Both the position numbers and the translations under genes were made by a program. From Acholeplasmataceae bacterium (GTDB lineage: Bacteria > Bacillota_I > Bacilli_A > Acholeplasmatales > Acholeplasmataceae), in contig OY775910.1 of NCBI GenBank assembly GCA_963675245.1, positions 512,001 to 576,000 on the forward strand: a stretch of 64,000 nucleotides of DNA. The letters run 5' to 3'. Positions 43,472 through 54,600 of the stretch are shown here, one piece after another. How positions within the stretch are numbered: position 1 is the first letter of the stretch; the number at the start of each line of letters is the position of its first letter. The notes beneath the pieces are model-generated. The model saw only the letters and a list, made by a program, of their open reading frames with translations. It had not been told where the DNA came from and made no database searches.

Positions 43472-44878
43472 ATGAATGAACAAAAGCTTTTGATTGACAT
43501 CCAGGAAAAGCCAGAACATGTTGGTAAATGGATTTTACTTTCCTTTCAACATGTATTCGCAATGTTTGGTGCAACCGTACTTGTACCATTACTAACTGGA
43601 CTTAATGTGGGGGTTGCGTTACTCGCGAGTGGTATTGGTACATTGATTTATATCGTATGTACAAAAGGTAAGGTACCAGTTTACTTAGGATCGAGCTTCG
43701 CCTATATTGGTGCTATTCTCATTGCAGCATTATCAAATGCACGTGAATTAGGTGTCATTGGTGCAGAAGATGGATTAGAACAGTTAAGTGCTGCTATATC
43801 AAATGGTTCAATTAGTTTTGTTGAAGCATATGGTTCAGCTTTCTTAGGGTTAATGGCTGTCGGTTTAACATATATCATTGTGTCAGTCATCATCAGATTT
43901 ACAGGTAGTGGTTGGCTTAAAAAACTACTTCCATCCATCGTTGTTGGACCCATGATTATTATTATTGGTTTATCATTAGCAGGTGTTGCTGTTGGTAACA
44001 TTGGCTTAGGTGCTGGTGGTGGTTCATGGCAAACAATCGTTGTTGCTGCAATCACATTCTTAGCTGCGGGTGTTATTTCTATTAAAGCGAAAGGCTTTTT
44101 AAAGATTGTACCTTTCTTAGTTGCGATTTTAGTTGGATATGCCTTCGCGATGATTTTCCAGCAGGTTGATTATAATATCTATACAAGTTCAACATTCTTA
44201 CAATTGCCTAGCGTAACGTTTGTTGGTACATACGGTTTTGATGTCAATTGGTTACAAGTACTTGCATTCGTACCACTTGCATTCGTTACAATGGCAGAAC
44301 ATATCGGAGATCATACAGTATTAGGAGAAATTACAGGTCGTGATTTCATCACAGATCCAGGTTTACAAAATACGTTATTAGGAGATGGTATCGCAACCCT
44401 TGTTGCTGGTGCTATTGGGGGTCCTGCTAATACGACATATGGTGAAAACACTGGTGTGGTTGCTGTCACAAAAGTTGGTTCTGTATGGGTGACTGGATTA
44501 GCTGCAGTCATCGCAATCCTCTTAGCATTCTTCGGTTATATTCAAGCATTTATTCAAAGTATTCCTTGGTCAGTTATCGGTGGTATCACATTGATCTTAT
44601 ACGGATTGATTGCTGCTAACGGTGTAAAAGTCTTAATTAAAGATCGTACTGATTTAGGTAACATGAGAAACTTAATTGTTGTTTCAACAATGTTAGTTAT
44701 TGGTTTAGGTGGCGCGGTTATTCCGTTAAACGCATTCGCATCACTTACGGGTATGAGCTTAGCTGTTCTCGTGGGTATCGTATTAAACCAATTATTAATC
44801 GGTTTAGAAAAATTCACATGGGTTGGATTCTGGAATGGTACTAAAAACGTATTTAGAAAAGTCTTTAAAAGAGCATAA
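43472..44878 (+). CDS. uraA: Uracil permease (NCS2 family)
   Basis: QHVFAMFGATVLVP, EHIGD, NTTYGEN. Confidence 0.93.
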   Translation: MNEQKLLIDIQEKPEHVGKWILLSFQHVFAMFGATVLVPLLTGLNVGVALLASGIGTLIYIVCTKGKVPVYLGSSFAYIGAILIAALSNARELGVIGAEDGLEQLSAAISNGSISFVEAYGSAFLGLMAVGLTYIIVSVIIRFTGSGWLKKLLPSIVVGPMIIIIGLSLAGVAVGNIGLGAGGGSWQTIVVAAITFLAAGVISIKAKGFLKIVPFLVAILVGYAFAMIFQQVDYNIYTSSTFLQLPSVTFVGTYGFDVNWLQVLAFVPLAFVTMAEHIGDHTVLGEITGRDFITDPGLQNTLLGDGIATLVAGAIGGPANTTYGENTGVVAVTKVGSVWVTGLAAVIAILLAFFGYIQAFIQSIPWSVIGGITLILYGLIAANGVKVLIKDRTDLGNMRNLIVVSTMLVIGLGGAVIPLNAFASLTGMSLAVLVGIVLNQLLIGLEKFTWVGFWNGTKNVFRKVFKRA

Positions 44879-44909
44879 TTAATCATTTAAAACAAAAAGG
44901 TCGTATGAA

Positions 44910-45119
44910 TTACGGCCTTTTATTTTTTTCATTGAATAGGTATTCAATCGTTAGGTGTGGAAACAACTCAGAAATATAACTGACTTCATGTTCTAAAAAT
45001 GCTTCTCTCCCATAAAGTTTATGATGCAATGATTTTTCTGAGATACCTAATGCTTTAGAAACTGCAGCTTGAGATATGCCTTTTGCATACATCTCAATAA
45101 TAAGATTGTAGTAAACCAT
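44910..45119 (-). CDS. Small Cro-like HTH protein
   Basis: YNLIIEMYAKGISQAAVSKALGISEKSL...IEYLF; GGGGG RBS. Confidence 0.75.
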   Translation of the reverse strand: MVYYNLIIEMYAKGISQAAVSKALGISEKSLHHKLYGREAFLEHEVSYISELFPHLTIEYLFNEKNKRP

Positions 45120-45255
45120 ATTTCCCCCTATATGTGCGTTTGCATGTATTTTATACTATTGTATATGCATATGAATATATTGTCAACAAAAGGCATTAAT
45201 GCACTCATGCTTAAGCCGTAATCAATGATATGATGATTATGAAATGAGGGACAAT

Positions 45256-45621
45256 ATGGATATTTATGATCGCATTGCATTTCAATTAAAATCACAACGA
45301 CTAACCAGAAAATCATTATGTAATGAAACAGGTATTCCTTACGCGACACTATCTAGTTTATTTCAACGTCGTTCTGAAAATATCAACATGTCTACCATCA
45401 TTAAAGTTGCAGATTTCTTAGGTGTAACAACGGATTACTTAATCATTGGTGATCGCCTGAAAGCAGGATACTCTTTATCAGAAGATCCTGATCACACCTA
45501 TCAAAACGGTGATACTATCACGAGAGAACTATTAAGAATTATAAATAAACTTACCGTAAAAGGTAAAAACGCATTATTGTCTAGAGCATACGAATTAGAA
45601 GAAACAGACAGTAAAGAATAA
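45256..45621 (+). CDS. XRE-family HTH repressor
   Basis: TGIPYATLSSL...KVADFLGVTTDYL; start MDIYDR after GAGGG. Confidence 0.85.
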   Translation: MDIYDRIAFQLKSQRLTRKSLCNETGIPYATLSSLFQRRSENINMSTIIKVADFLGVTTDYLIIGDRLKAGYSLSEDPDHTYQNGDTITRELLRIINKLTVKGKNALLSRAYELEETDSKE

Positions 45622-45647
45622 AGCACCTTCGAAAAGGTGCTTTTATT

Positions 45648-46730
45648 TTAGAATTTATCAAATAAGATATTCTCGTCTTTCATCTCATGTTTTGATAGCA
45701 CGCGAATACACGCATCAATCATCCCAGGAGATCCACAGAGATACGCTTCTGATTCAGTTAAATCTTTGGTGTGCCTGTCAACGACATCTGTGATTAACCC
45801 AGTTTCGCCTGTCCAGTGATCTTCTTCTTTTGGTTCAGATAACGCTGGAATGTATTCGAAATTAGGATATTCCTTAGCAAGTGCTTCAAATTCCTCTGTG
45901 TAGTAAAGATCTCTTTTTGATCTTGCACCAAAGAAATATTTCACTTTTCTTGGCATACCTTGATCTTTCAAAAAAGCAAGAATTGATCTGATTGGTGCCT
46001 TACCAGAACCACCGGCGATACAGATCATATCGCGCTTAGAATCTTCTCTTAAGAAGAAATCACCATAAGGACCTGTAATCACCATTTTATCGCCTTCTTG
46101 AAGCGCTTTATGAACGAACGTTGTCGCTTGTCCTTTAGGTACATAGCGAATGACAAGTTCAATGTCGCTCTTGTTTTTGGGATCACTCGCAATTGAATAG
46201 GCGCGAATAATTTCAATACCAGGTACTTTAATTTGAACATATTGTCCTGGTTTGAAATCAATCGTTTCAGGATCTATTAAATGGAATCTAACAAGTTTAA
46301 TATCATACGTTAAATCTTCAACGTGGGTAATCACCGTTCTATATTCTTTCGCTGAAAGTAATCCTTTAGGTAAAACGATTTTCATGTTGTCATATGTTTT
46401 AATTTGACACGATAAGTGTACACCTTCTTTAGCTTCTTCTGGAGAAACAAATGCTTCTTCGGTTGGTCTTAGTGGTGAGTCATCATCTAATAATCTTATT
46501 TTACAAAATCCACAAGTGGCTTTCCCGCCACACGCAGATGGCACGAAAATCTTTTCGTGTGCTAACGCGTTTAATACCGTATCATCACCACGCACAGGAA
46601 TGGTTGTGTCATCATTAATGTGAATGGTTTTTTCTTTGTCGCCGCCCATCAATTTTTCAATCACGATTAACAGTGCTGAAATGATGAGCATCAGTCCCAC
46701 GAGTATACTGGGTAATATGATCCAATCCAT
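45648..46730 (-). CDS. nqrF: NqrF-like NADH oxidoreductase (TM, 2Fe-2S, FAD, NAD domains)
   Basis: CGGKATCGFC...SC, RAYSIAS, GPYG, GGSGKAP, YLCG. Confidence 0.85.
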   Translation of the reverse strand: MDWIILPSILVGLMLIISALLIVIEKLMGGDKEKTIHINDDTTIPVRGDDTVLNALAHEKIFVPSACGGKATCGFCKIRLLDDDSPLRPTEEAFVSPEEAKEGVHLSCQIKTYDNMKIVLPKGLLSAKEYRTVITHVEDLTYDIKLVRFHLIDPETIDFKPGQYVQIKVPGIEIIRAYSIASDPKNKSDIELVIRYVPKGQATTFVHKALQEGDKMVITGPYGDFFLREDSKRDMICIAGGSGKAPIRSILAFLKDQGMPRKVKYFFGARSKRDLYYTEEFEALAKEYPNFEYIPALSEPKEEDHWTGETGLITDVVDRHTKDLTESEAYLCGSPGMIDACIRVLSKHEMKDENILFDKF

Positions 46731-46741
46731 AAATATCCCCC

Positions 46742-47314
46742 TTATACCAATCCGGTAAAGCCCATAAATGCAAGAGCTAAAATACCTAACATAAAGAAGA
46801 CAATGGCTTTACCACGTAATCCACGCGGTGGATTAGCTACTTTATGCATCTTTTCACGTAAACCGGCTACTAAAACAATAGCAAGTAACCAACCAACAGA
46901 TGAACCGAAAGCAAACGTCGTTGTTTGTACAAAGTTATAATCTCTATTCACAAAGAATAGTGATACTGCTAAGACGACACAGTTAACAGTAATTAGTGGT
47001 AAGAATATGCCAAATGCATTATACAGTTTAGGAATAAATCTTTCTAAGAAAATTTCTAAGAATTGAACGGTTGCAGCAATCGTAATAATGAATACGATAT
47101 AACTAACATATGTCGTATTCGTCGCAACTAATAACTGATAAATTGGCCAGTTGATCATCGCCGTAAGTGTCACAACGAATATAACAGCAATCCCCATACC
47201 TCTAGCATTCTTAACATTCGTTGATATCGCAATTAAAGGGCACATACCAAGAATGAAGACTAACGCGATATTATTATTTAATATCGATGAAATAAAGAGT
47301 TCAAATGCGTTCAT
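46742..47314 (-). CDS. nqrE: NqrE/RnfA-family membrane subunit
   Basis: LGMCP, LPLITVNC. Confidence 0.85.
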   Translation of the reverse strand: MNAFELFISSILNNNIALVFILGMCPLIAISTNVKNARGMGIAVIFVVTLTAMINWPIYQLLVATNTTYVSYIVFIITIAATVQFLEIFLERFIPKLYNAFGIFLPLITVNCVVLAVSLFFVNRDYNFVQTTTFAFGSSVGWLLAIVLVAGLREKMHKVANPPRGLRGKAIVFFMLGILALAFMGFTGLV

Positions 47315-47328
47315 ATATCATATCCTCC

Positions 47329-47955
47329 TTATATCGTTTCTTCAAAATTCCTGGTCCATTGACGAATACCCCAAATGAACATACCAAGAATAAAGAAACC
47401 ACCTGGTGCCATAGCCATGACAACCCAATTAACCCATGTTGAAGGCATCACTTGCATATTTAAGAATGTACCAAACGCAAGTATTTCACGAATGGACGCT
47501 GTTAATACAAGGACAAATGCGTAACCCATACCTGAAGCAAATCCATCAACAATGGAATACTTCACTGGATTTTTAACAGCAAATGCTTCTGCTCTACCCA
47601 TAACAATACAGTTTGTAATAATCAATCCAACATATGCACCAAGTGAATCAGCGATCGTTGGGAAATAAGCTTGTAAGAAAAATTGAACAACGATAACAAA
47701 TGATGAGATAACGACCATATAAGTAATCATTCTTACTTTTGACGGAATAAAGTTACGTAAGAGTGAAATAACTAATGAGGATGCCATCACAACAAACGTT
47801 ACACCTAACCCCATAGCGATCGCGTTTTCAACTTTATTTGTTACTGCTAATGCAGAACATATTCCTAAGACAGCAATCGCGATTGGATTGTTTATAGACA
47901 TACCATCTCTTAAAATGTTATACGTCTTCGTATACTTCAAGCGAATCCATTTCAT
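47329..47955 (-). CDS. nqrD: NqrD/RnfE-family membrane subunit
   Basis: LGICSALAVT, VGLIITNCIVMGRAEAFA. Confidence 0.87.
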   Translation of the reverse strand: MKWIRLKYTKTYNILRDGMSINNPIAIAVLGICSALAVTNKVENAIAMGLGVTFVVMASSLVISLLRNFIPSKVRMITYMVVISSFVIVVQFFLQAYFPTIADSLGAYVGLIITNCIVMGRAEAFAVKNPVKYSIVDGFASGMGYAFVLVLTASIREILAFGTFLNMQVMPSTWVNWVVMAMAPGGFFILGMFIWGIRQWTRNFEETI

Positions 47956-48566
47956 GAGACATTACCTCCATATCCTTCTGATTCCCATACTTGCATCGCG
48001 TAAGTATAGGCTAAATTGAGCATTGCTTCAAATGCTTTTGATGTTCTTGTAGCACCTGTAATCGTATCTACTTCGTTGTCTGCATTTGCTGCACTGTCTT
48101 TATTGATTTCTAATTGTGGTGTCATTTTAATACCCACGAATGTATCTAAATATTGAGCCGTCGCGACAACCCCACCTAAACCAGGTGTTTCGGCTTGTGA
48201 TAATACCGCTACTTTTTGAATAGTCACTAAATCAGATTCTAATGTTAAGACACCAGAAATCGTATCCCATACACCACCACCCGAATAAGCAAAACTCAAC
48301 GCACCTGTGCTTTCTTGATAATAAAAAGTAATATCGCCATTAACACTATCTGTGTACTCATATACGACCACTTCAGCGTCAAATACATCATGAATATTCG
48401 CTGTGTTATATTCAATATCAAAGCCAGTTAATACTGCTGATTTTAACTTCACATCTGCGTTTAATGCGATACGATCCTCAGTTAATGCCTTCGCACCCAA
48501 TAAGAGTGCTGAAGTAATCACACCAAGTATTAAGACGAATAGGATGACTTTAAGATTTCTGTTCAT
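47952..48566 (-). CDS. nqrC: NqrC/RnfG-family FMN-binding subunit
   Basis: ETPGLG and flavinylation motif VDTITGAT; start moved to MNRNL. Confidence 0.85.
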   Translation of the reverse strand: MNRNLKVILFVLILGVITSALLLGAKALTEDRIALNADVKLKSAVLTGFDIEYNTANIHDVFDAEVVVYEYTDSVNGDITFYYQESTGALSFAYSGGGVWDTISGVLTLESDLVTIQKVAVLSQAETPGLGGVVATAQYLDTFVGIKMTPQLEINKDSAANADNEVDTITGATRTSKAFEAMLNLAYTYAMQVWESEGYGGNVS

Positions 48567-49482
48567 TGAGTTCACCCACCTCTTCTTTTTTCTTACCTGA
48601 ATCAAATAATGCACCAACTGCGTTCATTAAGATGATGGCGAATACAGTTCCTTCTGGGAATGTACCAAAATTTCTAATAAGGACAATCAATAAGCCTATA
48701 CCAATACCATAATATAATTTACCCCATGGTTTAATTGGTGCAGAGACAGGTTCTGTCGCTACAAAAAATGCGGCAAACAGTACCGATCCTACAAATAAGG
48801 AATAATAAGGATTAGCAAAGTTGTCTGGGAATATGTAGTACCCAGCTAAAGTCACTATAAACACAGTCCCTAACACACCTAGTGGTATCCGCCAATCGAT
48901 TACTTTAAGTGCGGCTAATAATAAACCTAACACTAAAATCCCAATTCTGAATGTTTCCCCAATAGAGCCTGGTGTGTATCCAAATAATAAATCAGACATC
49001 GTATAGGTAAATGCATTACCACTATTTAATAATGATAAAGGTGTTTGTGTCCCAATCACCCCTGTCACAGGATCTAACCACGCTGTAGAAATGAATTGTG
49101 GAAATGATATCGTTACAAACAAAATCCCTACTAAAGCAGGATTAAATATTGTTTTCCCTCTTCCTCCAAAAATACTCTTACCAAAGAAGTATCCGAAGAA
49201 AGATCCTACACCTGCAATCCATACTGGTACAGATGGTGGTAACAGTAATGTAAAAATAAGTGGCGTAATAAACCAAAAATAGTCAAAAGGTAATTTTCTA
49301 ACGCTTGAAAATAATAGTTCTACGAGTGCCGCAACTATAACTGCAACCACAGCTACTAAAAGCACATAGAAACTAAAAATAATCGCTGAGGCAAGTAATA
49401 GTATGCCTAAAGCGACTCCAAGAATCGATAAATTTCTCGACGTCAATGTGGTATTATACGCGTTCGTTTTATCTTCTGTCAT
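48550..49482 (-). CDS. nqrB: NqrB/RnfD-family membrane subunit
   Basis: FGGRGKTIFNPALVG, PGSIGET, FFVATEPVSAP, FAIILMN; start uncertain (49482 or 49503). Confidence 0.8.
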   Translation of the reverse strand: MTEDKTNAYNTTLTSRNLSILGVALGILLLASAIIFSFYVLLVAVVAVIVAALVELLFSSVRKLPFDYFWFITPLIFTLLLPPSVPVWIAGVGSFFGYFFGKSIFGGRGKTIFNPALVGILFVTISFPQFISTAWLDPVTGVIGTQTPLSLLNSGNAFTYTMSDLLFGYTPGSIGETFRIGILVLGLLLAALKVIDWRIPLGVLGTVFIVTLAGYYIFPDNFANPYYSLFVGSVLFAAFFVATEPVSAPIKPWGKLYYGIGIGLLIVLIRNFGTFPEGTVFAIILMNAVGALFDSGKKKEEVGELNEQKS

Positions 49483-49644
49483 GTATTTCACCGTATCTTT
49501 CATATTGATATGACGTATAGTACGTTGTATGTTTATTCTATCATATGGATAATTATAATAAGTATTGATATGTTTTACTTATTAAAAAATAAGAAATTCT
49601 AAAGAATTTCATTAAAAAAGCACAAGAAATACTGTGCTTTTAAA

Positions 49645-50991
49645 TTATTTCAAGAATTTCTTGACGGTTTTCAATTTCTTATCAGATGCTGGTGGATAAG
49701 TGAATGGTAAATCTAATTTAAATCCCTTTTTCGTGTAACCTTTCATATGTGAAAATGTTTTAAATGATTGATACCCATGATACGTACCAATCCCACTTTG
49801 ACCAACACCACCAAATGGTAAATTGGGGTTTGCGATATGCATAATCGTATCATTGATCGCGCCACCGCCAAAACTGATTGATGAGAAAATGAGTGATTGT
49901 TCTTTTTTATCATCTGAAAACAAATAGAGTGCTAAAGGTTTTTCTTTTTGTTTTAAAACATCTATCATTTCCGATATATTCTTAAATGTTAAAACGGGAA
50001 GAATTGGACCGAATATTTCAGCTTGCATCGCTTCATCTTCCCAAGATGATTCCTGTAAAATAACTGGTGAAATAATGCGTTTTTCATGGTTTTTATGACT
50101 GTCTTTACCACTCGGATGAGTAGCCATGAGGTTGACTAATCTTTGAAAGTGTTTATCTGTAATCATAGAACCGTGATTACCATCAGGATCTGAGAATTTA
50201 TTCATGGCTTTATGAAGTTCATGCATGAATTCTTTTTCAATTGCTTCTTCGACATACACATAATCAGGTGCGATACAAGATTGTCCAGCGTTAATCAGTT
50301 TCCCGAAAGCGATTCTTTTAGCACTATGTTTTAAATGAGCGTGTTTTGTGACAATTGCGGGACTTTTCCCTCCAAGTTCTAATGTGACCGGGATGAGTTG
50401 CTTTGCCGCCTTTTCATAAACGATTTGACCCACTCTTGAACTTCCCGTAAAAAAGATATGATCAAATTTTAGATCTAAAAGTTCGGACGTGATTTTCGCA
50501 TCACCGGTAACAATCTTGACATAGTCTTCATCAAAAGATGATTGAATCATATCAACCAGTGCTTGTTCGGTATGAACAGCTTGTTCACTTGGTTTTAAGA
50601 TTGCTGTATTCCCAGCAGCTATTGCACCAATGAGGGGTTCAATTAGTAATTGAACCGGATAATTATAAGCACCAATAATAAGAACTGTTCCTAAAGGTTC
50701 AGGTTGAATAAAAGACGTTGTGAATAATTGATAATAAGGGGTTTTTACGCGTCTGGTTTTCATCCATTTTTTTAACTGTTTTAACGTATATGAAATAGAC
50801 TTTTTAACAAAACCAATTTCTGTCATGTATGCTTCATAAGCTGATTTGTTTAAATCTTTTTCTAAAGCGAGCAGTAACGTCTCTTCATGTGTCTCAATCG
50901 CTTGATAGAGAACTTTTAATTGTTCTTTTCTAAATAAATAATCTCTTGTTTTTCCTGAATTAAAAAATGCTTTTTGTCGTTCTAGATTCAT
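49645..50991 (-). CDS. Aldehyde dehydrogenase (family 3-like)
   Basis: FFTGS, LELGGKSP, NAGQSCIAPD, EIFGP. Confidence 0.95.
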   Translation of the reverse strand: MNLERQKAFFNSGKTRDYLFRKEQLKVLYQAIETHEETLLLALEKDLNKSAYEAYMTEIGFVKKSISYTLKQLKKWMKTRRVKTPYYQLFTTSFIQPEPLGTVLIIGAYNYPVQLLIEPLIGAIAAGNTAILKPSEQAVHTEQALVDMIQSSFDEDYVKIVTGDAKITSELLDLKFDHIFFTGSSRVGQIVYEKAAKQLIPVTLELGGKSPAIVTKHAHLKHSAKRIAFGKLINAGQSCIAPDYVYVEEAIEKEFMHELHKAMNKFSDPDGNHGSMITDKHFQRLVNLMATHPSGKDSHKNHEKRIISPVILQESSWEDEAMQAEIFGPILPVLTFKNISEMIDVLKQKEKPLALYLFSDDKKEQSLIFSSISFGGGAINDTIMHIANPNLPFGGVGQSGIGTYHGYQSFKTFSHMKGYTKKGFKLDLPFTYPPASDKKLKTVKKFLK

Positions 50992-51066
50992 GCTATCGTC
51001 TCCTTATAATCAATCACATTATAGCATACAAAAAAGGTGAGTTACTAAAACTCACCTTTCTTCATG

Positions 51067-51651
51067 TTACGCGTTTAATACGATAACCGAGTATTTATAT
51101 ATATAATCAAGGGCGTCTTGTTCAGATAAATCAATTTTACGGTTAACGCGTTGCATGATTAAACCCACAGTTAATGCTCGAATAATGTGTCCTTTTTCTT
51201 TTCTATCTTGAGGTTTTGGATGAATAACATTCTCTTTAACACCCATCGTTAGAATGTCCATTAAAACGGATTGAACATCTTGTTGTATATCTTCCATAAT
51301 TTCTTCTACATCATGTTTAGGCATCACTTTTATACCTTGGCCTTCACTCATGATACTCATCATAAGTTCATTCGCTTCTTGAGCACTCTTCATCATTCTC
51401 AAAAAGAGTTCTTTGAATGCTGTCTCGAATGTCTGTCCATTGAGTGGTGCTAGTATTCGTTTTCTATAATAATCTGCTAGGTAACAATATGTTTCTTTCA
51501 CTAATTCTTCTTTGCTGTTAAAGTGTTCATAAACCGTACTTTTAGCGATATCTGCTAATTCAGCGATTTTAGCGACTGATATATCACTGATGTTTTCATC
51601 ATGTTTAATTAAGTCAGCTAATACATCAATGATTTTATCCTTGGTTGACAT
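51067..51651 (-). CDS. TetR/AcrR-family regulator
   Basis: SVAKIAELADIAKSTVYEHFNSKEEL. Confidence 0.92.
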   Translation of the reverse strand: MSTKDKIIDVLADLIKHDENISDISVAKIAELADIAKSTVYEHFNSKEELVKETYCYLADYYRKRILAPLNGQTFETAFKELFLRMMKSAQEANELMMSIMSEGQGIKVMPKHDVEEIMEDIQQDVQSVLMDILTMGVKENVIHPKPQDRKEKGHIIRALTVGLIMQRVNRKIDLSEQDALDYIYKYSVIVLNA

Positions 51652-54600
51652 GTGCTTCAACCTCTTTCTTTGCTTCTGCTTCTTCTAACTTAATTTTCTT
51701 CCGATTAACAAGTGCGTAAATAGCTGGTACGACCAATAATGTTAGTACAGTTGCATAAATCAAACCACCGATTGCTGTGACAGCCATTGGTTGTAATAAC
51801 TCAGATCCTTGTCCAATACCTAAAGCCATTATAAAGAGTGCAAGAATCGTTGTAAGTGCTGTCATGAAGATTGGTCTAATACGTGTTTTACCTGCTTCAA
51901 TAATCGCTTCTTTAACGCCTTTACCTTCTTCTCTTAACTTATTAATATAATCAATTAAGACAATACCGTTATTCACGACAATACCGACTAATACGATGAG
52001 ACCCATAATTGAAACCATTGAGAGATTCATATTAGTTACAAGCAAGGCTAACATGCCACCAGTGAAGGCGAGCGGAACAGTACCCAATATAATTAACGGA
52101 TATAAAAGCGATTGGAACTGAATGGCCATAACCATGTAAACTAAAGCGATTGCGATAAGTCCTGCAATAACTAAATCATTGACAGCTGCTAAAATATCCT
52201 CATTTTCACCCTGGAATTCAACATGATAACCATTACCATATGATGCGAAATCATCACTATCTAAATAAACATTGACTGCATCAACAGCATCACCTGAAAC
52301 GATGGTGACATTATAACCATCTTCTATTTGTGCTGTGACATTCAAATAACGATTTGAACCATCAGTATAAATGGTTGCGAAACCTGTAACACGTTCAACA
52401 GTTGTGACACTAGTTGCTGTATCATCGTATAAATTTGCTACTGCTAAAGATGTTAATGTAGGTGAATTAACAGGGTCAGTTGGCATCATCGTAATCTCAC
52501 CATTTTCAACATACAAAAACGGATTAACAATAAACATAATTGGATCTCCTGGTGTATATGTAGGAAGTGATACATTTGGTACATATACTAACCCACCGTT
52601 TTCAACGTAGTTTTCAATGAGTAATCGTGTATCATCATTAAAGAGTAATATGCGACTCAAGAATTGTTCATAATCACCAAAGACATCAAATGTAATACCA
52701 CCAGCAACAGTTGTTTGTGGTACTTCAATATCATAATCAACACCTTCAATTTGTAGAGTAACTGTATCTGTAATACTCATTAATCCTTCAAGTGTTGTGA
52801 AAAATAAACTCATATTTTCATTCACATCATTAGCCGTTAATCCCACTAACATCGCGTGATCAACATCCACTGTGATCTTGACATTATCCGCACCCATGTC
52901 AACACCGTTATCAATATCTTCGACATGTTCAACATCGGCGAGTACAGCGGTAATATCATTCGCGATTGCTTCTAACGTTAATAAATCATAGCCTGATACT
53001 TTAATGTTAATGCCAGATGCTCCTGAAATGGAAGCCGTTGTATCTTGAGATGAAATGTCAACTTCCAAGATATTTGACGATGTCATATCATCGATGTTAT
53101 TAAAGTCAACATCATTGAAAATGTCAATGATAAGTGCACGATAATAGTCTGTGTCATGTGCGCGATCATCTGTTAAGCTGACTGTGATGCTAATACCACC
53201 ACTACTGCCCATCATACTTCTCATTGCAGTAAGTCCACTACCACCACTTGAACCAATGGTTGCAGATACGGTTTCAATGTCATCAAGTAACATAATTTTG
53301 TTTGTGACATAATCCGTGTAATCCGCTTGAGCAGCAAATGTCGTTGTACTATCTGTCGATACGGTAATATCAATATATCCCTCATCTGATGTAGGTAACA
53401 TGATAAATCCTTTTGCATAGACCAAGAAGAAACTACCGACTAATAAGCCTAATACAACAATATATGTGAGCGCTTGATGATGAATCGTAAAGTTCACTGA
53501 TTTTTCATAAGCTTTCTTAATCCAATGTAAGAATTTTCCTTCTTTCATTGGTTTTTTATCATCTAACATTCTAGAAGATAGCATAGGTACCATTGTTAAA
53601 CCGATAATTAATGAGGCACCTAATGAATAAGCAATTGTTAACATCATATTGATAAATATTTCGTTAATGATACCTTCTAAGAATAGAATTGGTAAGAACA
53701 CAGCGACGGTGGTTAATGTGGATGCTGTAATCGCGCCCGCAACTTGCTTCGCACCAAATATCGCTGCATCATGTTTAGATTTTCCTTCACTGATCATTCG
53801 GTAAATGTTCTCGATAACAACGATCGCGTTATCTACTAACATCCCAATGCCTAAGGCAAGTCCTCCCATTGAGACCATATTTAACGACACACCTGTAAAG
53901 TACATTAGCATAAATGCTGCGACAACAGAAATAGGAATGGCAAGACCAACGATAAGTGTTGGTTTAACATCTCTTAAGAATAAAAATAAAACGAGAATTG
54001 CTAATATCCCACCATAAATAAGATTTTGTAAAACAGAGTTTATAGACAATCTGATATATTCGCCTTGATTTAACAATATATCATAACTAGCATTAGGATA
54101 TTGATCGACAATATCATCTAATCTTGCCATAATGTTATCTGTTACTTCAGTGATGCTGTAATCTGATTGTGCTTGAAATGAAATATTAATCCCCTGTTTG
54201 CCATTTATTTTTGAATATGTGTTTGTATTCGCATTAATATAACTAATACCTTCTTCATTCACTAGATCGCTCAAGCGAACAATCTCACCAGCATCTTCTA
54301 AAATAGGTAGATTTTCAACTTCTGTAATTGATGATGGACTATCACCTAGATAAAGCATTCTGATTTCGCCTTCATCTAATGCAACACCAACTAAACCAGC
54401 AACATTTTGATCTTCGATGGTTGCTAGCACATCATCGATTGATAAACCATATGAAGCAAGTATTGTTTCATCTAAATTAATTTGTAGAATTGTATCTGAT
54501 GCACCACTAATTGAGACGTCAGCCACGCCACTAATAGAGGTTAATTCAGTGATAATATCTTCATTAATCCAGGCTGTATTTAAGATTAATGCTTCTTCGT

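Noticed and set aside
45128..45349. 73-aa minus-strand ORF between the HTH genes
   Set aside because: Overlaps the XRE gene antisense and the promoter spacer; composition is not protein-like.
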